From: Octopus vulgaris
Lineage: Eukaryota
Assembly (NCBI GenBank): GCA_951406725.2
Contig: OX597839.1
Span: 32,116,001-32,180,000, forward strand
DNA: 64,000 nucleotides
Direction: 5' to 3'
Both the position numbers and the translations under genes were made by a program. The stretch's first letter is position 1, and the number at the start of each line of letters is the position of its first letter. The notes beneath the pieces are model-generated. The model ran no database searches, had not been told where the DNA came from, and worked only from the letters and a program-made list of their open reading frames with translations. Positions 55,601 to 64,000 of this stretch are shown here, one piece after another.

Positions 55601-56101
55601 ATTAAATAAGTACCAGTTTCGCTCTAGGGTCGATATAATCGACTTAATCTGTTTGTCTGTCCTTGTTTGTCCCCTCTGTGTTTAGCCCCTTGTGAGCAGT
55701 AAAGAAATAAGACATTTGTACTCGGAGCCTGATTTCAGCTGGGTTGGTAATGAAAGGGTTGAATAATAAACTGCAATAGGTGAACCACAATATGTCATGG
55801 GATTACTGTACGCAAAATATTTCAACAATTTGTTTTTTCTTTCATTCAATTCCTAATAATATTTAATTATAACAATATAATGGAATTTTTTAAGCACTGA
55901 ATGACTAGCAGGGTCCAGCTGAGTAAATTAGGAATCAAAGAGGTCCATAGGATAGAAAAAATGTTTGAGAAACTCTGCCCTTGACCAATAAAACATTTTC
56001 TATCAAGTTGAGGTTTTAAATCTAATAATTTTTATTTTGTTATATTTTCAGAACACATTATCAAAGATAACGATGTTAATGGCAAAAGTGGGAAATCTTG
56101 A
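1172..56101 (+). CDS. DNAJC11: DnaJ homolog subfamily C member 11, spliced gene; 16 exons in window, first exon upstream
   Basis: join(1172-1301,6565-6635,13862-13963,16481-16548,17963-18140,42069-42136,43094-43158,44835-44956,46823-46905,48648-48764,49038-49193,50027-50096,51396-51505,53445-53538,54346-54475,56052-56101) = 1614 nt, open to TGA. All introns GT-AG with matching phases. J-domain HPD plus DNAJC11 hallmarks ([56 protein letters not shown]). Confidence 0.96.
1414..1828 (+). mobile_element. RTE 3'-end copy with four internal 63-bp tandem units
   Basis: Units start at 1414, 1477, 1540 and 1603; 3' part matches the LINE tail at 5230-5430 and ends in (GAT)n. Confidence 0.85.
3155..5495. 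mobile_element. hAT-type MITE interrupted by the RTE LINE
   Basis: TIRs CAGTGGTTCCCAAA / TTTGGGAACCACTG; 8-bp TSD ctttaaac / ctttaagc. Confidence 0.8.
3280..5430 (+). mobile_element. 5'-truncated RTE-clade LINE (reverse transcriptase, two +1 frameshifts, (GAT)n tail)
   Basis: ORFs 3426-4349, 4378-4920 and 4895-5182 form one RT: [57 protein letters not shown]. No endonuclease domain. Ends in gatgatgat. Confidence 0.93.
5971..6192 (+). repeat. 42-bp tandem repeat (about 5.3 units) at the 5' side of an RTE 3'-end copy ending near 6490
   Basis: gggcctcatggaggcaaagtggctgagttccttttgagtgct at 5971, 6013, 6055, 6097, 6139, 6181. Confidence 0.9.
6565..6635 (+). CDS. DNAJC11: DNAJC11 exon (J-domain end)
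   Basis: tcaag|TT...GAG|gtatg; [24 protein letters not shown]. Confidence 0.93.
7498..7729 (-). mobile_element. SINE family B
   Basis: ggcggcgagctggcag...gagttcaaattcc (B box)...gcctttcatcctttcgggttcgataaa core; TSD agtattatata; further copies at about 47-545, 45040-45428, 49732-49948 and 57237-58100. Confidence 0.85.
8502..9024 (+). mobile_element. Non-autonomous Helitron copy 1
   Basis: a|TC start, 3' hairpin cccgagcaacgccggg, CTAG|t end, no TSD. Confidence 0.8.
9576..10108 (+). mobile_element. Non-autonomous Helitron copy 2
   Basis: Same termini as copy 1. Confidence 0.8.
10662..11038 (+). mobile_element. Non-autonomous Helitron copy 3 (shorter variant)
   Basis: Same termini as copy 1. 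Confidence 0.8.
11364..11760 (-). mobile_element. tRNA-derived SINE family A
   Basis: Head aggcgcaggagtggctgtgtgg (A box)...ggttcagtccc (B box); many copies in window. Confidence 0.85.
13862..13963 (+). CDS. DNAJC11: DNAJC11 exon
   Basis: tttag|CTT...CGG|gtaag; [34 protein letters not shown]. Confidence 0.95.
14787..14956 (+). mobile_element. hAT MITE
   Basis: CAGTGGTTTTCAA / TTGAAAAGCACTG termini; TSD gtctagtg / ctctagtg. Confidence 0.85.
16481..16548 (+). CDS. DNAJC11: DNAJC11 exon
   Basis: aacag|GGC...GA|gtgag; [22 protein letters not shown]. Confidence 0.93.
16735..17292 (-). mobile_element. CR1-clade LINE 3' fragment
   Basis: RPILEY...LERVQ...LSYEERL...[13 protein letters not shown]...[13 protein letters not shown]; (TAAC)n-like tail. 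Confidence 0.88.
17963..18140 (+). CDS. DNAJC11: DNAJC11 exon (precedes the 23.9-kb intron; ends in phase 0)
   Basis: tgcag|G...GAG|gtaga; [26 protein letters not shown]...[11 protein letters not shown]. Confidence 0.94.
18399..18802. repeat. Compound (TA)n/(TACA)n/(TG)n microsatellite
   Basis: Direct reading. Confidence 0.95.
19127..19621 (+). mobile_element. tRNA-derived SINE family C with duplicated head
   Basis: tggcccagtggttagggcagcggac...ggtttcgattcc head occurs twice; related copies at about 12338-12652 and 30941-31224. Confidence 0.8.
20238..20457 (+). mobile_element. piggyBac-type MITE inserted in a SINE
   Basis: TTAA flanks, C(T/C)CTTT...AAAGGG termini; related copies at 46166-46388 and 55315-55758. 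Confidence 0.7.
23311..23489 (+). mobile_element. hAT MITE (same family)
   Basis: Same termini; perfect 8-bp TSD gcttaacg. Confidence 0.88.
24505..24568 (+). CDS. MADF-BESS exon A
   Basis: taag|ATG...GAAG|gtgcg; [21 protein letters not shown]. Confidence 0.82.
24505..39623 (+). CDS. Nested gene: tandem MADF (Myb/SANT-like in Adf-1) domains plus C-terminal BESS motif, 611 aa, putative transcription factor
   Basis: join(24505-24568,25177-25296,30078-30310,32157-32724,34453-34572,37092-37303,39105-39623) = 1836 nt, ATG to TAA, open, all GT-AG. Two MADF signatures (W..LI..FE.HP.LWD.SH.DY...RWKN.RTT.ARE...Y.S.W...L.F) and BESS-like [36 protein letters not shown]. Confidence 0.88.
25177..25296 (+). 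CDS. MADF-BESS exon B (MADF1)
   Basis: ggcag|CT...ACAG|gtaaa; [39 protein letters not shown]. Confidence 0.88.
26402..26796 (+). mobile_element. tRNA-derived SINE family A (inside a hAT MITE at about 26240-26885)
   Basis: Full-length copy with A/B boxes. Confidence 0.85.
30078..30310 (+). CDS. MADF-BESS exon C (MADF1 end)
   Basis: tttag|AA...CAG|gtaag; [20 protein letters not shown]...[16 protein letters not shown]. Confidence 0.88.
31718..32110 (+). mobile_element. tRNA-derived SINE family A
   Basis: Full-length copy. Confidence 0.85.
32157..32724 (+). CDS. MADF-BESS exon D (acidic/Ser-rich linker plus start of MADF2)
   Basis: ctcag|ACT...GAAG|gtatg; [14 protein letters not shown]...[16 protein letters not shown]. 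Confidence 0.85.
33570..33960 (-). mobile_element. tRNA-derived SINE family A
   Basis: Full-length copy. Confidence 0.85.
34453..34572 (+). CDS. MADF-BESS exon E (MADF2)
   Basis: ctcag|GT...ACAG|gtatt; [39 protein letters not shown]. Confidence 0.88.
35849..37000. repeat. 26-bp minisatellite, about 44 units
   Basis: Unit caccagcacaggtgccttttacgtgc with recurring variants; no unique spacers. Confidence 0.95.
37092..37303 (+). CDS. MADF-BESS exon F (MADF2 end)
   Basis: ggcag|AT...CCT|gtgag; [20 protein letters not shown]...[16 protein letters not shown]. Confidence 0.87.
37395..37794 (-). mobile_element. tRNA-derived SINE family A
   Basis: Full-length copy. Confidence 0.85.
37992..38467 (-). 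mobile_element. SINE family B with an opposite-strand family B copy nested inside (about 38094-38330)
   Basis: Outer 17-bp TSD tccctgaaatcgattct at 37975-37991 and 38468-38484. Confidence 0.85.
39105..39623 (+). CDS. MADF-BESS last exon G (poly-Gly plus BESS)
   Basis: Long pyrimidine tract, ccag|ACT...TAA; in frame with ORF 39234-39623. Confidence 0.88.
   Translation, partial: TYSLSDDSDVGNDSIAWPSEQFVEDESPNFEQLSRTKRLDTNLVINSLDLLSDNNNIGGGGGGGGGGNGGGGGGGGGGGGGSGGNISINGTVQNFSASTTLKRCRSDDMDLKDDFLKEAWRIFNLKERHDPEDLFGMHVAGTLRRMQPLQREKAKLDIQGILLQHCFSKADQ
40552..40606. repeat. (CT)n microsatellite
   Basis: Direct reading. Confidence 0.95.
40621..40956 (-). mobile_element. tRNA-derived SINE family A (internal deletion)
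   Basis: Matches family A. Confidence 0.8.
42069..42136 (+). CDS. DNAJC11: DNAJC11 exon
   Basis: aacag|CTT...AT|gtgag; [22 protein letters not shown]. Confidence 0.88.
43094..43158 (+). CDS. DNAJC11: DNAJC11 exon
   Basis: ttcag|G...A|gtaag; [21 protein letters not shown]. Confidence 0.9.
43993..44067 (-). ncRNA. Minimal type I hammerhead ribozyme motif
   Basis: ATTACA-CTGAAGA-AGGA...TCCT-GAAAC-GC-GTA-TGTAGT on the minus strand. Confidence 0.6.
44309..44383 (+). ncRNA. Minimal type I hammerhead ribozyme motif
   Basis: Stem I ATTACA/TGTAGT, core CTGAAGA, stem II AGGA...TCCA (one mismatch), GAAAC-GC-GTA. Confidence 0.55.
44835..44956 (+). CDS. DNAJC11: DNAJC11 exon
   Basis: tgtag|TG...CAG|gtttg; [40 protein letters not shown]. 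Confidence 0.88.
46166..46388 (+). mobile_element. piggyBac-type MITE
   Basis: ttaa|CCCTTTCGTTAC...GTAATGAAAGGA|ttaa. Confidence 0.75.
46823..46905 (+). CDS. DNAJC11: DNAJC11 exon
   Basis: tctag|ATT...AG|gtcag; [27 protein letters not shown]. Confidence 0.93.
48158..48376 (-). mobile_element. hAT MITE (same family)
   Basis: Same termini; perfect 8-bp TSD gtatagag. Confidence 0.88.
48648..48764 (+). CDS. DNAJC11: DNAJC11 exon
   Basis: aacag|A...AA|gtagg; [38 protein letters not shown]. Confidence 0.94.
49038..49193 (+). CDS. DNAJC11: DNAJC11 exon
   Basis: accag|A...AG|gtcag; [26 protein letters not shown]...[11 protein letters not shown]. Confidence 0.95.
50027..50096 (+). CDS. DNAJC11: DNAJC11 exon
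   Basis: ttcag|A...GCG|gtgag; [23 protein letters not shown]. Confidence 0.93.
51396..51505 (+). CDS. DNAJC11: DNAJC11 exon
   Basis: ttcag|ATC...GA|gtaag; [36 protein letters not shown]. Confidence 0.94.
51938..52056. repeat. 31-bp tandem repeat x4 within a SINE
   Basis: tcaatggaacagcctgtgtacccttacctga. Confidence 0.85.
53445..53538 (+). CDS. DNAJC11: DNAJC11 exon
   Basis: tgcag|T...AAG|gtaag; [31 protein letters not shown]. Confidence 0.94.
54346..54475 (+). CDS. DNAJC11: DNAJC11 exon
   Basis: ttcag|ACT...A|gtaag; [43 protein letters not shown]. Confidence 0.95.
55156..55808. mobile_element. Tc1/mariner-type MITE carrying nested insertions
   Basis: ta|CAGTAATCCC...GGGATTACTG|ta. Confidence 0.75.
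56052..56101 (+). CDS. DNAJC11: DNAJC11 last coding exon
   Basis: ttcag|AA CAC...TCT TGA; (K)[15 protein letters not shown]. Confidence 0.85.
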
Positions 56102-56854
56102 CAGTAATGGCCCTCTAGAAAGAATGGATTGGTTGTTTTGTTTTTTTTTTATATGTATATATATATATTTTGGTTTTAGTAATGTTTTTTTTTTCCCTCC
56201 GTCTCCATAAAAAACTGATCTCAAGTTTGGAAGTAGGGGACATCAACATTGCTTTAGAACTTTAATAATGTTGCCGAGAAACAAATATCTGGCTTCTGCA
56301 ACACCAACAGCAACAACAACAACAATCAACAGTGTTCTGGAGTTGTTCACTTCACCCTGATCGTAGCCCGGAATCTTTTCCCACCCACCCTCCTCACCTC
56401 CCTCCAATTTTTTTTTTTTTTTTTATTCTCTGAGATTGACTCAAGGTGAAAGGAATACCAATGACCCCCACCAGATGACCCCCTGATAGTATCAACAGAC
56501 AATCCTTAACAAAATGGATACTGCTGCTGCCCCTCCGTTTCTACTGCTGAGCTGGTGGCTGGTCAGTCACACTCGGGGTTTATTTTCACTGCATAGAATA
56601 AACTCAGTTTTCGGTCACTTTACCAGCGCAGCCCCTAACATAAGCCCTGGCAAACCTTCCAGACCATTCCATTACCTCCTCCTTCACCTCACACTCCATA
56701 ATTTAATCTTAGACCAAAAAAAATAACAATAGACTGGAAAAAAAAATGATTAAAAAAAAGAAGCTGTTTGCTTCCAACAATTCCCTCCCTTTGTTCCTGT
56801 AGGTCAATCCATGGAGACTCTGACAATAAAAGACAATTTCATATTGAAATGTGC

Positions 56855-56865
56855 ATGTGTGTGTG

Positions 56866-56912
<47 letters not shown>

Positions 56913-57090
56913 GTGTGTATGTATATATATGTATGTATGTATATATGTGTGTATGTATATATATATATGTATGTATATATATGTGTATATATATGTATGT
57001 ATATATATATATATATATATATATGGATGTGTATATATATATATATATGGATGTGTATATATATATATATGGATGTATATATATATATAT
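56855..57090. repeat. Compound (TA)n/(TG)n microsatellite
   Basis: Direct reading. Confidence 0.95.
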
Positions 57091-60000
57091 GGAAGTGCAG
57101 TAGATGGGAATATGAGGGCAGACACTTGCAAAATGTTCATAATCTTTGGACAGGTGGTGAGTGGGGGGTGGATCTGAAAAAGTTATTTGAATAGGTTCAA
57201 CATTGTTAGTTATTTATTATTATTATTATTATTATTGAGGTGAGCTGGCAGAATTGTTAGCATGCTGGACAAAGTGCTGCTAAGCATTTTGTCCAGCTTT
57301 AGGTTCTGAGTTCAAATCCCGCCGTGGTTGATTTTTGCCTTTCATCTTTTCGGGGTTGATGAAATAAGTTGCCGCCTTAACAATAGTAATAATCCTGTCT
57401 GTTGTAGGCACGGGGCCCGTAATTTTGAGGGATGGTGTAAGTCAATAACATTGACCCCGGTGCGTCATCATCATCATTTAGCATCCGTTGTCCATGCTAG
57501 CATGGGCTGGTCACACCATCCAACCCATACCAGCATGCAACAGACATTAAATGAAGTACCAGTCAAGTACTGGGGGGGTCAATGTTTTTGACTTACGCCC
57601 TCCCCCAAAATTTCAGGCCTTGTGCCGATAATAGAAAGGATTATTATTATTATTATTATTAAGACAGTGAGCTAGCAGACTTGTTAGCACACCAGGCAAA
57701 AATGCTTAGCAGTATTTCTTCCAACTTTACGTTCTGAGTTCAAATTCTGCCAAAGCTGACTTTACTTTTCATCTTTTATGGGTCAGTAGAATAAGTACCA
57801 GTGACATGCTAGGGTCAATGTAATTGACTACCCCCTCCCATCAAAATTGCTGGCCTTGTGCCAAAAATTTGAAACCATTGTTATTATTATTATCATGGCA
57901 GCAAGCTAGCACAATGGATGAAATCCTTAGTGTTATTTCACCCGTTGCTACATGAGTTCAAATTCCACTGAGGTGAACTTTGCTTTTCATCCTTTTGGGG
58001 TCGATTTATTAAGTACCAGTTGCATGCTGGGGCCAATGTAATCGACTATCCCCCTCCTCCAAAGTTTCAGGCTTTGTACCTATAGTAGAAAGGATTATTA
58101 TTATTACCTTATAGCTTACGTTTTGTATCTTTTGGGTGACCCTGAATCATCTTCCTAAAGGGCAGTGGTTGTCTTTTGCACTTTCTCCTAAGCAACCTGT
58201 GCTTTGAGCTTTTTTTAAATAAAACTTCAGTTTTTTCCCCCTTTTTTTTTTTTACCTTCAGTAGATATAAAAAGCAATAGTCGAAATTTATATCGGATTA
58301 CACAACAGTTTGAGGGAACAAATGTAGCTCATTAAATTAAAGAAAAAAAAAATTTTAAATAATTAAGGGTTGACCTGCAACAATTTCAACCTAACATTAA
58401 CGACATAAATTTCACCTGTTATGGATGACGTGTAAAGGTTATGGTCCCTGCCTTTTCCTCTAGACTCAGTAAATAAAAGAAAACGTTACACAATCTACAA
58501 TTCACTTTGAATATTTATTTATTTAACAGGATTCTTTTAAAAATTGAATCTATTTTCATCAGTTTTCTGAAGTTGATGAAAGCAGATTTAATTAGCAACC
58601 ATATTTGTTTATTTGGGGAACAAAATATGTGTGGGCAACAGTTGAATGTGTTCTAATCCCTTTGTTTGTGCCCGACCAAATTCCTTGATAGTCATTCTAC
58701 TTGCTCTACCCCTTGTCAGTGCTGCCCACTTATATAACTTCCCTTCTTCCTCCTGGAAAAACACACCACAAAAACAAAAAAATTATCAAAGTAGTTTGGC
58801 CCTGTTAATATTCTAACCCTTTTCTTTCCCCATTTTTAATGAAATACACAGCCCCTCTCCCCTCCCCTCCCCACCTTCCTATGTTTTAATTAGTACTGAA
58901 AGCAATCAAGAATTTGGAAGGATTTGAATGAGCCAATGTTGAAGACATAACTTACCAAAATCTCTTACATAACATTGTGACGGGTTTTCATTTAAAATAG
59001 GAGGTTGTATAGCTTAAAAAAGGGGGACTCTCAGGTGGGATGGTATCAAAAGGGCCAAAGCATTTTATTCTAGGTGCTTCCTTTGAAATAAAGTGTTTAT
59101 GTTTTCCTTAAAGAACACTGCTATTTTTTTTTTTTTTAATAGAGTTATGTGTGTGTGTGTGACATAATGTCAGATATAAGATATATGTTATTTTTGTCTG
59201 ACGTAAAGTATATACTATTTTTAGAACTGAATCTTGTTGAAAACACCTGTATAAACCTAGAATCGTTAAAGCAATCTCCCCGAGACCAACTGTGTCGTAT
59301 TGTTTTATCACCTGACAACTGTTACATATCTTTTCTTTCCCCTCAGAATATCAAATATTTTTGTGGGGAAAATCACCAGCAATAAGAATTTTTTTTTTTT
59401 TTCTCGTTAATACCTGCAACTTGTCTTCTCGACAAAACAAAAAAATCTTTAAATGAAATATTGACTTCCTATTAATTATTTTCTATAACATCTGAAATGT
59501 TTCCATAAAGAATTGGCAGTAGAACTGATAAAAAAAGGGACTAAACACCTTGTGGTATTTCGTTTCTCCCTTTATATTTTGAGTATTAATCTCATTAGGA
59601 TTTATTTAAAGAAATTCTAACCAAGTATTAGAGTTGATAGAATTATTGACCTGTTCTCTCTTCCACATGTAGCCCTGTGCCTCACTTAGGAACCAGTATT
59701 TCGTTAAAGACATACTACCCTATTAATTATTGTATTAATTGCAAGTGCAATTTAATAATTATTGTTTTTAAGAAATCAATTACTCTCAGAGATGGTTCAA
59801 TATTTGGCTGATTTTTTTTTTTTTTTTTTTATTTTGTTGCTAATATTTGTCTCTTGAATAAATTATAATTTAATATCCATCTGTTATCTCTCTGAAAAAG
59901 TCTCACAAATTTATACTGAATCTCTCTCTGCCAAAGATTGTGATAGAAACACAAATAAACAACTTATTAAATTGTCTTTTTAAAACAATTAAAACTCTAT

Positions 60001-60714
60001 CTTAACCACTGGCTTCTGTTTGGCAGTGTCAACTAATTAGTATTATTGCATTAGTTAATTGATGTATTTCACCAGCATCAATCAATTTGGTTTGTTATGC
60101 TATCAGAAACTTAACGAACCTTCTCTATGTATCTCAATTAGTACTGTAGAATAATATGAATTCGTTATCCTTTGCATTTAGTTGCTTGACTCTGTTGGAT
60201 GGTGAGGGAAGGGTCATTTAACATCAGTTTTTTTGTTAATTATTAAACCAGACACCATTATCAGTATTCCTTTTGCTTACACATCAAATAAAATATTTAT
60301 TTTCTAAATTGTTTCCATACGTCTACTTTAGTCTGTCTGTGTGTCTTTAGGTCCATCTCAGTTACTTTTATAATTTCTTCTTCTGGTGTTACAACCCCTC
60401 TTTTGCTGTCACAGAACAATAACCTTTACTTAATTCATTTCAAATCAATCAAGATTTTTTTTTTCCCTCTTAGTTCAGTGGACATTTTTAGTATCTTTTG
60501 CAACAATATTATTCTGATGAAGAAGATAAAACATAAAAAAAAAATATGAAATCTTGAAACAGTTTTTTTTTTTCTTTTTGTTATATTTCCTTTCTCATTT
60601 TTGATGATAGTTTCACACATACATATGTGTGTGTGTGTGTACACGTACATATGTATATATATTTTGTTTTTGTATTTGGTTTGCAAGATTCTTTATGTGA
60701 ATTCGTGTGTTGAA

Positions 60715-61038
60715 GCATATTTTATTGTCTGGGGAGGGTCCTTCTCTTTTAGTGCCTTATTATTTAACACACTCACAAGTTTGATTTCCACTCAGTTATT
60801 TATTTTTTCTAAAATTTTCGTTGCATCTTGCAACCTCTTCAATAGTCATTGACTATCAATTAAATAATTTAATAATATTAATTAGTTGATTCTGGCAAAC
60901 AGTAGAGCCAATGACTATTGAAGAGGTTGCAAGACGCAATGAAAATTTTAGAAAAAATGAGTGGCAATCGAACCAGTGAGTGTGTTAAGTAATAAGGTGC
61001 TAAAAGAGAATGACCCTCCCCAGGCACAAAATATATGC
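60715..61038. repeat. Diverged inverted repeat (about 140-bp arms)
   Basis: 60715-60855 vs 60902-61038; left arm is related to 9035-9220 and 10119-10304. Confidence 0.8.
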
Positions 61039-63073
61039 ATGTACAAACCCACCTTGGTAATACTTGTCCATGTGGTGGAGTTGCACCCCATCAGCCTTCT
61101 TTCCCCACCCACATTCTATCTCCAACACCAACTGGTGCCATGTAAAAGCTGCCGGTCCACTCTGCAAAGCGGTTTCAATTCTCCCAGCTTTTTTGTTACC
61201 AGGTTTCTTTCTGGTGAAATCCACTTCCTTTGTTTCAATTAATTTTGAAAATAATGAATTTAGTAAAATAATTTTGACATTTTTAAGCTGGTGTTTCAAC
61301 ATAAGCTAGTATAAACCAGCTTCACAACCACATGGTTCTGGGTTCAGTCCCACTGCATGGCACCTTGGGGAAAAGTCCTAGAGTTGATTTGTTCAACTAA
61401 AACCCTCGAGGCAGTGCTCCAGCATGGCTTGCAGTCAAAAAGACTGAAACATCATCATCATCATTTAGCGTCCGCTTTCCATGCTAGCATGGGTTGGACG
61501 GTTCGACTGGGGTCTGTGAAGCCGGAAGGCTTCATCAGGCCCAGTCAGATCTGGCAGTGTTTCTACGGCTGGATGCCCTTCCTAACGCCAACCACTCCGT
61601 GAGTGTAGTGGGTGCTTTTTACGTGCCACCCGCACAGGTGCCAGACAGAGCTGGCAAACGGCCACGAACGGATGGTGCTTTTACATGCCACTGGCACGGG
61701 GACCAGGCGAGGCTGGCAACGGACACGAACAGATGGTGCTTTTACGTGCCACCGGCATGGAGGCCAGGCGAGGCTGGCACAAGTAAAAGAATAAAATTTT
61801 GATGGAAGATTATAAATTAGATCACTTTGGAACTGAAAGTTTGTATCGTGGAACCAGGATCAAAATAATTAAGGTAAAAAAACATATTTCTTGAAATTTA
61901 TTTCATGATTCTGAAGAGAGTAAATTGGATTTGAAGTTTGATCTTTTGAATTTGCTATTTGGAATGTGATTGATTGGGATCAATGGTCTGTCATCATCAT
62001 CGTTTAATGTCTACTTTCCATGCTGGCATGGGTCGGATGGTTTGACTTGCCACTCCTCACTCAAACCGTCCAACCCATGACAGCATTGGAAAGCAGATGT
62101 TAAACGACAACGATGATGAAAGACCAGTGATCCATAAATTTATGAAGGAAAGAAGGGGTTGTCTCAAGAATAAAGGACACCGAAAGGCTCCCTGCTTTTG
62201 TCTCATCCCAGGTCAGCCTTTATTCTACAGAATTATGATACAAGGAGTTGAACCTGTATCCATCTCATTTCTATTTCATGCTGCAGCCAGAATATCAATA
62301 TACGTGTGTGCGTCTCTTTTAGATAATAAAGCATGGTTTAAGGAAGAATTGGCTGTTATTTCTAGGATCCTTTGTTAGTGGTTGTAGTAAAGAGTGTTCG
62401 TAAGGCCATGGGTATCTTTTAATAGATGCAGGCATGGCTGTGTGGTCAAGGAGTTTGCTTCCCAACCATGTGGTCTCGTGTTCAGTTCCTCTGAATAATC
62501 ATTTTAGCAATTGTCCTCTGCTATAGGTCTGAGTTGACCAAAGCTTTCGGAATAGATTTGGTAAACTGAAACTGAAAGAAGCCCATTTGTACGTATGCAT
62601 GTGTGTGTGTATGTTTTATCTCATCTTAATATGGCATGGTTGTCGTAAATGAGATTCACTGTCATACAAGCAGGGTTGTTCATTTCCAATTTTCTATGAA
62701 AATGTCCATCCGTGGGGAAATATCAACTGGCCTGGAAACAGTTGATGGGAGGCAACAGGAAGCACATCCAGCCCTGAAAATCTGCCTCGATTTCTGACCC
62801 ATACAACCATAGGAAAATAAATGATAATGACGGTGCAATGCTAAAATTCTGTTGGTCAACTGTTGTGGAAGGATTCTGACCACCCCTCAAGTGACTAAAA
62901 GGTGGACTGACCCATTGTTATAATACAAAGAACTGTGAGCAATTAGCAGTTCACTGTGAACCTCTCATCCAGAGCATTGGGTCTCGTGTAATAGTAGTGA
63001 GTTGTGTATATACTTTCTTTCCCCTTGCTTCATTACATTCTCTATCCAATACAAGGATACAAATACCAGAACA

Positions 63074-63298
63074 GGTGGTGAGCTGGCAGAATCGTTAGCA
63101 CGCCAGGCGAAATGCTTAGTGGTATTTCATCTGCCGTTACGTTCTGAGTTCAAATTCCACCAAATTCCGACTTTGCCTTTCATCCTTTCAGGGTCGATTA
63201 AATAAGTACCAGTTACGTGCTGGGGTCGATATAATTGACTTTATCCATTTGTCTGTCCCCTCTGTGTGTAGCCCCTAGTGGGCAGTGAAGAAATAAGA
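63074..63298 (+). mobile_element. SINE family B in the presumptive CPLANE2 3' UTR
   Basis: TSD aaataccagaaca on both sides. Confidence 0.85.
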
Positions 63299-63330
63299 AA
63301 ATACCAGAACAAAAAATACTTCTCAGTTCC

Positions 63331-63577
63331 TTAAAACACAATCTCCTGGGCAGATTCCATGGGTACTTTAGGTTTTGAACCTTTGGCCGCAAGACTCAAA
63401 TCTCTTGCCCACAGATATTCACAAATTGTAGTCAACACTAATTCCATGGAAGGCACTGATTCCCTTCCCTGGGTTGTGTCTGTTAAGTTCTGAATCTTCA
63501 AAACTGGGATTTCCCAATTCTGTTCAAAATTCTCAATATCTCTTTGAGTGATTTCACTCTCATCGAATTTATCAAAT
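63331..63577 (-). CDS. CPLANE2: Terminal coding exon of a CPLANE2/RSG1-like small GTPase; rest of the gene lies beyond the window
   Basis: Minus-strand acceptor tttttatgtattccttgactccttccag|A. FDKFDESEITQRDIENFEQNWEIPVLKI...VLTTICEYLWARDLSLA resembles the human RSG1 C-terminus as I recall it (FDQYMHTDVPERDLTAFRQAWELPLLRV...ILNGLAEQLWHQDQVAA). Confidence 0.75.
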
Positions 63578-63714
63578 CTGGAAGGAGTCAAGGAATACAT
63601 AAAAAGTTGAGTTTTTAATATCAACAACAGTTAATGGTGTATGAATGAAGCTTAATCTAGCTGTCAGCAGCTGAGATAATCTCTCTCTGCACAAGAATCT
63701 CAGTTTGTCACAAT

Positions 63715-63963
63715 ATAGTTAGTTAACTTTTTGGCTCAAAAAGCAAAAAGCAAGGCCATGTAGGGGGGACATGGAGTTATGTACAGGGTGGTGTTCATGT
63801 AAAGAGTTCAGGCCACTTGAAGTCAAGGGAGACTTCGAACAAAGCGGTCGTCGGCATCTTCACCATCTCGTCTGGCAGCTTGTTCCACGGATCCGCAACC
63901 CGGACGGAGAAAGCCCCTCTCCTTCGATTGAGATGAAATCGTCGCAGATAGAGCTTTTCGGAA
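63715..63963 (-). mobile_element. CR1-clade LINE 3' fragment (same family as 16735-17292)
   Basis: Closely matches 16745-16990. Confidence 0.85.
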
Positions 63964-64000
63964 TATAAACTCGTAATTGTCAATTACACAAGCCTCAGTT

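Overview
Eukaryotic, repeat-rich genomic DNA. The SINE/RTE repertoire and the (TA)n/(GAT)n tracts point to a coleoid cephalopod, most likely Octopus (inference). Most of the window is one + strand gene, DNAJC11. Sixteen exons were traced by hand from 1172 to 56101 with GT-AG borders and consistent phases (537 aa in window; exon 1 lies upstream). Its 23.9-kb intron (18141-42068) holds a second, same-strand 7-exon gene encoding a 611-aa MADF-MADF-BESS protein (24505-39623), built by internal duplication of a three-exon module. Its ATG sits directly behind a phase-compatible splice acceptor, so a J-domain/MADF chimera is possible. At the right end, a convergent - strand terminal exon resembles CPLANE2/RSG1. 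The introns also hold a 5'-truncated RTE LINE with a PHD-like finger, CR1 fragments, three tRNA-derived SINE families, hAT/piggyBac/Tc1 MITEs, a Helitron triplet, minisatellites grown from the RTE 3' UTR, and an inverted repeat carrying two minimal hammerhead-ribozyme motifs. All calls come from reading the sequence and recalled protein families; no searches were run.
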